From NCBI GenBank assembly GCA_038128265.1, contig JAYPJE010000088.1:1-10525 (forward strand): a stretch of DNA of 10,525 bases, in the 5' to 3' direction. Shown one piece after another: positions 1 through 6,294 of the stretch. A program made the position numbers and the translations under genes. Within the stretch, counting starts at the first letter, position 1; every line of letters begins with the position of its first letter. The notes beneath the pieces were generated by a model. That model was not told where the DNA came from and searched no databases. It worked only from the letters and a program-made list of their open reading frames with translations. This DNA comes from Gemmatimonadota bacterium (GTDB lineage Bacteria > Latescibacterota > UBA2968 > UBA8231).

Positions 1-882
1 TATAAACGGCACGCGCACCGCCTCTTCCCACGGCGAAGTCTTGAGAAACTGTCCCTGCGAGCCGTGCATATCGCCGTGATCGGAAAAAAACACAATATGC
101 GTATCGTCGTATAGGCCGCGCGCACGCAGGGCCTCGACCACACGCCCGACGTTCCAATCGAGGTTTTCAATCATGGCGTAATAGCCGGCCAACTCGCGCC
201 GGGCGCGGGCGCGCACTCCATCGACGTCCGGCACGTTGGGCCGCAGCTGCACGCGCGCGGGCGTATGTCGACCCATCCATTCGGCCGGTGCTACGTAGGG
301 GTTGTGCGGCGGCTGCGCACTCAGCGCGGCAAAGAAGGGGGCTTCTCCCGCAGCGCGCTCCTCTATGTGGCGGAGCAGCAGGTCCGTCAGCGCATCCGTT
401 TCGTAGCGCTCGAGGCGATGGGATTCGACTTCCTCGTCGCCGACGTGCCCGTGCAGCCAGGTGTCGTACTGCGCGTTGTTGTTCTCGTAGCCCAGCCACG
501 TATCAAAACCGCCGCGGCGCGCGCGCGGCACGCGGTGAAATACGGCGCGGCCGTCGCGCTCTTGAAAACCGTCCAGGTGCCACTTGCCGAAGTAGGCCGT
601 GTGATAGCCCGCCGCGCGAAAGGGCTGCGCAACGGTCAGCAGCTCCGGCGGCAGGCGCATTTGGTGACCGGGCACGGCGCGGTGCGGATAGCGTCCCGAC
701 AGCAGCGAACCGCGGTAGGGACAGCACAGCGGGCAGCCGGACACCGCGCGAGAGAACGTCACGCCGTCGGCGGCCAGCGCATCGATATGCGGCGTGTGCA
801 CGTTGGCATCGCCCATACAGCCAAGCGCCTGCGCACGGTGCTGATCGCCAAAGATCCATATGAGATTAGGGCGGTCGCTCAT
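1..882 (-). CDS. Cys-type (formylglycine-dependent) sulfatase, S1 family; 3' end truncated by window edge
   Basis: Hand translation from ATG at 882 is open to base 1 (294 codons): MSDRPNLIWIFGDQHRAQALGCMGDANVHTPHIDALAADGVTFSRAVSGCPLCCPYRGSLLSGRY...GYHTAYFGKWHL...PPHNPY...YYAMIENLDWNVGRVVEAL...IVFFSDHGDMHGSQGQFLKTSPWEEAVRVPFI. It has the CxPxR core (712-726) plus GKWH, PH and SDHG motifs. AGGAGG SD upstream; no signal peptide. Confidence 0.95.
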   Translation of the reverse strand, partial: MSDRPNLIWIFGDQHRAQALGCMGDANVHTPHIDALAADGVTFSRAVSGCPLCCPYRGSLLSGRYPHRAVPGHQMRLPPELLTVAQPFRAAGYHTAYFGKWHLDGFQERDGRAVFHRVPRARRGGFDTWLGYENNNAQYDTWLHGHVGDEEVESHRLERYETDALTDLLLRHIEERAAGEAPFFAALSAQPPHNPYVAPAEWMGRHTPARVQLRPNVPDVDGVRARARRELAGYYAMIENLDWNVGRVVEALRARGLYDDTHIVFFSDHGDMHGSQGQFLKTSPWEEAVRVPFI

Positions 883-887
883 GCATG

Positions 888-894
888 TCCTCCT
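888..894 (-). promoter_or_regulatory. Shine-Dalgarno site of the sulfatase
   Basis: + strand tcctcct reads AGGAGGA on the minus strand, 5 nt before the ATG at 882. Confidence 0.8.
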
Positions 895-1002
895 GGTGCG
901 GCTGCCGTGCGGCGACAGCGCGTTCGACGTCTAGTCTCAAGCGGCGCTCCTACCACAACGGCAACTTCTCTGTTGCTGTCGCGCGCGACGCTCTCCGCTC
1001 CC

Positions 1003-1008
1003 AATATA
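1003..1008 (-). promoter_or_regulatory. Possible -10 element (TATATT) for the sulfatase transcript
   Basis: + strand aatata reads TATATT on the minus strand, a short AT-rich patch in a GC-rich spacer. No convincing -35. Confidence 0.35.
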
Positions 1009-1035
1009 GCGGTCGGGCGCGTCGACTACCACCTG

Positions 1036-1063
1036 TTGACACCCGTCGGACGAACGCTACTTT
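1036..1063 (+). promoter_or_regulatory. Putative sigma70-type promoter for the redoxin/monooxygenase pair
   Basis: Perfect TTGACA (1036-1041), 16-nt spacer, TACTTT (1058-1063, TAnnnT), about 65 nt before the ATG at 1128. Confidence 0.6.
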
Positions 1064-1127
1064 ACCGTTAGGTCGCTAGCCGGCCTCTCCCGCCAGCCGT
1101 TGCACCCCTTGGGCACGAGTTTGCCAC

Positions 1128-1697
1128 ATGCCACTTCGCCACCTGATCGCCGCCGCACTACTGCTTGCCGCCGCTGGGCTCGTTCTATTCCACGACGGCG
1201 CCAATGCCTTTGATTTAGATGGCCGCCCCTTTGATCCCCTCTCAACCCATGCTGCGGCTACGGCCCTGATCTTTGTTGGTCCCGACTGCCCCATTTCCAA
1301 CCGCTATGCGCCCGAGATCAAGCGCCTGTCGACCCGCTACGAGCGCGATGGAGTGCGGTTTTTCTTGGTCTATCCCGATCCGCAGCTGAGCAGTGCTACT
1401 ATTCGCCAACACCTAGCGCAATTTTCCTATGACCTGCCCGCCCTGCGCGATCCACAGCACGCCCTCGTCGCCCTAGCCGAAGCCAGCGCAACGCCCCAAG
1501 CCGCCGTCTTTGATGGGGCGAGTGCGCTGGTCTACAGCGGCCGCATCGACGATCGCTACATAGACTTTGGCAAGCAGCGTCCCGCCGCGCGTACCCACGA
1601 CCTAGAAGATGCGCTGCAGGCCATCCTCGCTGGCAGGCAGCCATCCGCCGCACGCACGCGAGCGGTGGGTTGCTATATCGCTGATTTGAAAGACTAA
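1128..1697 (+). CDS. Exported thioredoxin-fold redoxin (AhpC/TSA, PRX-like1 type)
   Basis: 189 aa. N-terminal hydrophobic signal or anchor, DLDG, C54-P-I-S (CxxS), TP cis-Pro motif, YSGRIDD, and C-terminal GC (C182). This is the CP/GRID/GC pattern of PRX-like1 redoxins. Stop overlaps the next start (TAATG, 1695-1699). Confidence 0.85.
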   Translation: MPLRHLIAAALLLAAAGLVLFHDGANAFDLDGRPFDPLSTHAAATALIFVGPDCPISNRYAPEIKRLSTRYERDGVRFFLVYPDPQLSSATIRQHLAQFSYDLPALRDPQHALVALAEASATPQAAVFDGASALVYSGRIDDRYIDFGKQRPAARTHDLEDALQAILAGRQPSAARTRAVGCYIADLKD

Positions 1698-3400
1698 TGC
1701 CTATCTCATTCTCATGCCGCACGCTCGGCTTCGCCATCGTACTCATGCTGTCTTTCTGGGCCTGCCAACCCACGTCGCGCGAAAAAGAAGTGCCGACGTT
1801 TAGCCGCGATATCGCCCCCGTCATCTTTGCCAACTGCGTGCCCTGCCATCGCGAGGACGGCCCCGGCCCCTTTCCCTTTACCACCTACGACGAGGTAGCC
1901 GACCACGCCCATCAGATCGCCGAGGTGACGGCCAGTCGCTACATGCCGCCCTGGCAGCCGGAGGCCGGCTATGGGCGCTTTGTCGGCGAACGGCGGCTAA
2001 CGGATGCGCAAATCGCCCTCATCGCGCGCTGGGTAGATGGAGGAGCACCTGCCGGCGACCCGACGCACCTGCCGCCCCTGCCCGAGTTTTCTGCGGGCTG
2101 GCAGCTGGGCACGCCGGACCTGATCGTCGCCATGGACGCGCCCTATCTGCTGCCGGCCGAGGGCACGGATCAATTTCGCAACTTTGTCCTGCCCGTGCCC
2201 GGCGACGGTCCGCGCTATGTCGAAGCAGTGGAATTCCAAACGGACAACGCAGCCGTTATCCACCATGCCGTCATGATGTTTGATCGCACCGGTGCAGCGC
2301 GCAAACACGATGCACGTGAAGAGGGACCGGGGTTTGACGGTATGGTCTTTGGCGAAGCGCAGGGACCCGACGGTCATTTTCTCGGCTGGACGCCCGGCAA
2401 GCAGGCCTATCGCGACCCGGCGCTGGCCTGGAAGTTAGAACCCGCGACGGATTTGGTCGTACAGCTGCATATGCTGCCTTCGGGTCGCCCAGAGAACGTC
2501 GCCGTGCGCGTCGGCTTCTACTATGCCGACGGCCCACCGCAGCGCACGCCGGCGCTGCTGCGCTTAGGTCGCAAGGACATCGATATAGCCGCGGGCGAAG
2601 CGGACTACGCGCTGCGCGATGCCTTTACGCTACCCGTCGACGTCGACGTCGTCGGCATCTATCCGCACGCCCACTACTTGGGCAAGCGCATGGCCGTCTA
2701 CGCCGACCTGCCCGACGGGCGCCGCGAGTGGCTGATTCGCATTGACGAATGGGATTTTAACTGGCAGGACGACTACCGCTACGCCGAGCCGGTCGCGCTG
2801 CCGCGCGGCGCGACCATCGTCATGGAGTACACCTACGACAACTCGGCGGCTAATCCATTCAACCCACACGACCCGCCGCAGCGCATATTCTATGGACTGC
2901 AGTCGAGCGATGAGATGGGCGATATGACGCTGCAGGTCGTTCCGCGCAACAACGACGATCTCAACGCGCTGCAACAGCACTATGCGCGCAAGTGGATTGC
3001 CCAGGAAATCCAAGGGTACGAAACGATGCTCTTACAGGATTCGACCCACGCCGAAAACCACCACACGCTAGCCATGCTCTATCTGCGCACCCGGCAGAAT
3101 GCACAGGCACAGCATCATTTTGAGCAGTGCATACAGCTGCAGCCCGACTATGCCGAAGCGCGCGTCAACTACGCCATTGCCCTCAGCGCCGCGCGCGATG
3201 TGAAGGGCGCGGTCGACCAGCTATACGCCGCTGTCCGCAGCCGCCCAGACTATGCAGACGCCCATTTTAACTTAGCCATGGCCCTATTTCAAACGGGGCA
3301 AAAAGCGCAGGCCAAGGAGCACTTTTCCCACGCGGCACGCCTGCGTCCCGAGATGGCCGAGGCGATCGATCGCCAGATGCAGCGCCTGCAGCTGCGCTAG
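1697..3400 (+). CDS. Lipoprotein: c-type heme domain + copper type II (PHM/DBH-like) monooxygenase domain + C-terminal TPRs
   Basis: 567 aa. Lipobox-like FWA-C23; CVPCH (C47-H51) with MPPW (M83, likely axial ligand); H189-H190, QLH258, H324-A-H326 and DEM407; WDFNWQ and YDNSAANPFNP motifs; about three TPRs at residues 452-553 (PDYAEARVNYA, PDYADAHFNLA). Confidence 0.85.
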   Translation: MPISFSCRTLGFAIVLMLSFWACQPTSREKEVPTFSRDIAPVIFANCVPCHREDGPGPFPFTTYDEVADHAHQIAEVTASRYMPPWQPEAGYGRFVGERRLTDAQIALIARWVDGGAPAGDPTHLPPLPEFSAGWQLGTPDLIVAMDAPYLLPAEGTDQFRNFVLPVPGDGPRYVEAVEFQTDNAAVIHHAVMMFDRTGAARKHDAREEGPGFDGMVFGEAQGPDGHFLGWTPGKQAYRDPALAWKLEPATDLVVQLHMLPSGRPENVAVRVGFYYADGPPQRTPALLRLGRKDIDIAAGEADYALRDAFTLPVDVDVVGIYPHAHYLGKRMAVYADLPDGRREWLIRIDEWDFNWQDDYRYAEPVALPRGATIVMEYTYDNSAANPFNPHDPPQRIFYGLQSSDEMGDMTLQVVPRNNDDLNALQQHYARKWIAQEIQGYETMLLQDSTHAENHHTLAMLYLRTRQNAQAQHHFEQCIQLQPDYAEARVNYAIALSAARDVKGAVDQLYAAVRSRPDYADAHFNLAMALFQTGQKAQAKEHFSHAARLRPEMAEAIDRQMQRLQLR

Positions 3401-3407
3401 CGAATTC

Positions 3408-4091
3408 CTACCATTTCATATTCATCGCCAGGCGCGGGTAGTCCGTCACATTGCGGCTGCCCGAATGGGCGCAGAACACGTGGTAGAACAGCACGTCGCC
3501 CTGCCGGGGCACGATCTCTATGCACTCGCCAATATCGGCTTTGTCCAACTCGCCACCCAGCACCCACATGGGGCGATAATAATCGGGATTACTGCGGGCC
3601 AGCGCTGCGATCTTGCGATGCGAACCGGGCCACACCACCGTGCCCCCCCCCTGCGGCTTGACGTCGTGTAGGAACGTCATCGACGCCACGCGAAAAGCAG
3701 GTGGAAAGGTCTCGTGCCCGTGCTCCTTGATCGAATGATCAATATGCGGTCCGTGCGGTGCCCAGGGTTCTTGCGTTGGAAAGGTGTTAATTGCATAACC
3801 GCTCTTCGGCGCGCGAAAATGGGCGCGATCCAACTCGCCTTCGCTCAGCTGCCAGGCCGCCGCGAGCAGTTGATCGGTATATACAGCCGTCAGCTCGGCG
3901 TCTTCGTAGCCGGCGTGGCCGCTCGTGCGATCCTCCCACGAAGCTGGGTCGCTGCGATCTAACCCCATACACCGCCACATCGCCGCCTCAGCGCGCTGCG
4001 CTATGTCGGCAGGGATCAGGCCCGATACCAGCAAATAGCCGTTTTCGATATACGCTGCCACCTGCTGCTGCGTCAGCACCGGTTCCGTCAT
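3408..4091 (-). CDS. Phytanoyl-CoA dioxygenase (PhyH) family Fe(II)/2-oxoglutarate dioxygenase
   Basis: 227 aa. LTQQQVAAYIENGYLLV start, H116-I-D118, GGTVVWPGSH, GDVLFYH...H209, R220. AGGAGGAG SD at 4098-4105. Confidence 0.9.
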   Translation of the reverse strand: MTEPVLTQQQVAAYIENGYLLVSGLIPADIAQRAEAAMWRCMGLDRSDPASWEDRTSGHAGYEDAELTAVYTDQLLAAAWQLSEGELDRAHFRAPKSGYAINTFPTQEPWAPHGPHIDHSIKEHGHETFPPAFRVASMTFLHDVKPQGGGTVVWPGSHRKIAALARSNPDYYRPMWVLGGELDKADIGECIEIVPRQGDVLFYHVFCAHSGSRNVTDYPRLAMNMKW

Positions 4092-4097
4092 GGCACA

Positions 4098-4105
4098 CTC
4101 CTCCT
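4098..4105 (-). promoter_or_regulatory. Shine-Dalgarno site of the PhyH-family gene
   Basis: + strand ctcctcct reads AGGAGGAG on the minus strand, 6 nt before the ATG at 4091. Confidence 0.8.
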
Positions 4106-4115
4106 ATATGGCGTC

Positions 4116-6272
4116 CTAGCCAAGTATGAAAATGATATTGCGCGTCTGTCCCGTGATGTAGTCAACGACAATCCACAGTCCATTACACAGCGCTTCACCG
4201 GCTATCAAACCGAGAAAAAAGCGCTGGCTGCGCAGGTAAAATGCCGGCCCGCCGTAGCGCATCACCAAGCGCTTTAGCACCCAGGCAATAAAGATGCTAA
4301 ACCAAATTTTATTCATCAGGTGGTTGGCGGCCACGGCAAAACCCAGCGGATGCAGCGGCCACCACAGCAGATGCTGGCGCGCCCAGGTCAGCAGAACCAT
4401 TACCGCACCGCCCAGCGCGAAGAAACCCCATTCGCTCCAAGCGATACCAGCCGGCTCTAGGTTTCGTACCGCCGTGTCGTAGACCACGGCGGGCCCTCCC
4501 TTGAAAAACCAGCCCACCAAATTGATACCGCCGTGCCGATAGGCCATATTGAGCACCATCCAGCACGATCCAAAAGCGCCAATGCACACGGCTAGGTAAG
4601 CACCGTATAGCACCATGCGCCGGCTGCGGCGATCCATATCCTCGATGAGCTTCAGTCCGTTGGCCATGAGCGCGAGAATAAAGATGCGAATATCGGCCGC
4701 CCATATGTAGGCCAGCGACATATTGAGCACGCCGCCCGAACCCACCAGCGTCGACCCCAGGCCCTGCACAACCAGGTCGGGCGCGATCATCGGCGAGCGC
4801 ACGGCGGCCAGTCCCGCTTCGGCCACCACGCGACTGATGCCAATAAAGATGAGCAGCGCCAAAGTGACAAAGAGCAGCGCGACCCACAGCTTAGTCCCCA
4901 TCAGCCACAGCCAGCCAACAACGACGGCGCTGCCGCCGACCAATCCGCACAGCGCTCCGCGGTAGGAGGCAACCTCATCGCTGTCGTCTATATCAGCTGC
5001 CCCCGTCAGCGCCTTGCGCACCACGTCTTTGAGGTGCTGACGCCCAACCCACAGTCCCATAAGCACCATGGCAATGAGCGCACCGCCGGCTTGGTAGGCC
5101 AGATAGGGCTGCTCGGCGATGCCGTATACGAACTTCTGCGTCGAACGCAGGCCGGCCAGCGCCAGCGCCTCCGACTCGGCTTTAGCCAGCAGGTGGAAAA
5201 ACCATAGCCCAGCCGAGATGTGAGTATTGATCAGGTAGGAGAAGCCAATAATCGAAAAAACCACGCGCAGCTGCAGCGTCTGCGTGCCGACATAGGGCGT
5301 CACCCACGACAGGTTCAGCACGGGATAGGCCGGGTCGTAGTTGTGCAAACCCTTCAGCGCGCCAAAGAACAGCGGAATCGCCGCCCCGTACCACATCGCC
5401 CGACTTTTGAAGAAAGCGTTGACCAGGCCCTTCTCGTCTTCGCCGCGCACCATCGCCAATCCGACCTGCGTCAGCGGATAGGCCAGCCGCTCGCGCTCCA
5501 TCCACTGGCGTCGCAGAATCACCGCGGACGAAATCATCGCCACGTAGAGCGCCATGAGCAAAATGCCCCACCATAGAAGCGGCTCTATCCACGCTTCCCA
5601 CGGCACAGCCGCCTGCGCGCCCATACCCTCGTAGAACGTTTGATTATCGGTGCCGTCATCAACCAGTATAGCGTGCTTGGGAAGCAGCGGACCGAGCGTT
5701 TCCGCCCATTTGTTTTCTGGCGTAGCGTAGTAGGCCAGCGCCGATATAATCGGCAGCAGCTGCTGGCTCATGCCCATCGTGCACAGCGCAGAGACCACGA
5801 GCAGCATGATGTAAACTAGCACCAGGTCGGCGCGATTGAGCGCCAGCGTAGAACCGCGCACCGTGAGCGGCACGTTGGCGACAGCCGAAGCCACAAAAAA
5901 AGAGGCCAGCCACAGCCCCGGCTTAAGCCAGTCGACCTCCTCTCCTGCGTAATAGCCGACGGAGAGGACCAAGGCGACAGCCGCTAATCCCAGCGCCACA
6001 GGCACCGAGCGAGAGGCCATTTTGAACAGCGCGTTGAGCAGGCCGATCAACACCAAAAAGAGAAAAATGGCGCCCGGCGTATTGAAGTCCCACGCCATAA
6101 AGGTGGCGTGCATCGCCGTATTGGCATAGGGTGCGCCAATGGCCAGGAAAAAGCTGAGAAACACACCGGTCCAAAAACCGCGCCAGCTGATGGACGCTCC
6201 TTGGCCAAAGACCAAGCCATCGCTGCGCTCGTCGAGGTGCAGCGCGTATTCTTCGGGGATCGCTCTAATCAA
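4116..6272 (-). CDS. Polytopic inner-membrane protein, DUF6785/DUF6784-like (putative OPT-related transporter)
   Basis: 718 aa with many hydrophobic helices. Motifs YYATPENKW, LRRQWMERERLAYPL, SRVVAEAG, AYRHGG, WWPLHPLG, LVMRYGG and FFLGLIAGE match my recollection of this family. TTG start, exact start uncertain. Transport function is inference. Confidence 0.75.
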   Translation of the reverse strand: MIRAIPEEYALHLDERSDGLVFGQGASISWRGFWTGVFLSFFLAIGAPYANTAMHATFMAWDFNTPGAIFLFLVLIGLLNALFKMASRSVPVALGLAAVALVLSVGYYAGEEVDWLKPGLWLASFFVASAVANVPLTVRGSTLALNRADLVLVYIMLLVVSALCTMGMSQQLLPIISALAYYATPENKWAETLGPLLPKHAILVDDGTDNQTFYEGMGAQAAVPWEAWIEPLLWWGILLMALYVAMISSAVILRRQWMERERLAYPLTQVGLAMVRGEDEKGLVNAFFKSRAMWYGAAIPLFFGALKGLHNYDPAYPVLNLSWVTPYVGTQTLQLRVVFSIIGFSYLINTHISAGLWFFHLLAKAESEALALAGLRSTQKFVYGIAEQPYLAYQAGGALIAMVLMGLWVGRQHLKDVVRKALTGAADIDDSDEVASYRGALCGLVGGSAVVVGWLWLMGTKLWVALLFVTLALLIFIGISRVVAEAGLAAVRSPMIAPDLVVQGLGSTLVGSGGVLNMSLAYIWAADIRIFILALMANGLKLIEDMDRRSRRMVLYGAYLAVCIGAFGSCWMVLNMAYRHGGINLVGWFFKGGPAVVYDTAVRNLEPAGIAWSEWGFFALGGAVMVLLTWARQHLLWWPLHPLGFAVAANHLMNKIWFSIFIAWVLKRLVMRYGGPAFYLRSQRFFLGLIAGEALCNGLWIVVDYITGQTRNIIFILG

Positions 6273-6294
6273 CCGTTTTGTCGCTCCGCTGCGC

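Noticed and set aside
265..1071. 268-aa + strand ORF, and the 191-aa ORF at 288-863
   Set aside because: Antisense shadows of the sulfatase; Arg/Ala-rich with no recognisable motifs, while the minus frame has full sulfatase signatures and an SD.
3361..3374. 14-bp palindrome GGCGATCGATCGCC
   Set aside because: Single copy inside coding sequence with no U-tract; plausible by chance.
712..3400. Redoxin/Cu enzyme pair as a novel sulfatase maturase
   Set aside because: FGE is also Cu/O2/reductant dependent, but the pair looks exported while this sulfatase looks cytoplasmic, and there are no FGE-like motifs.
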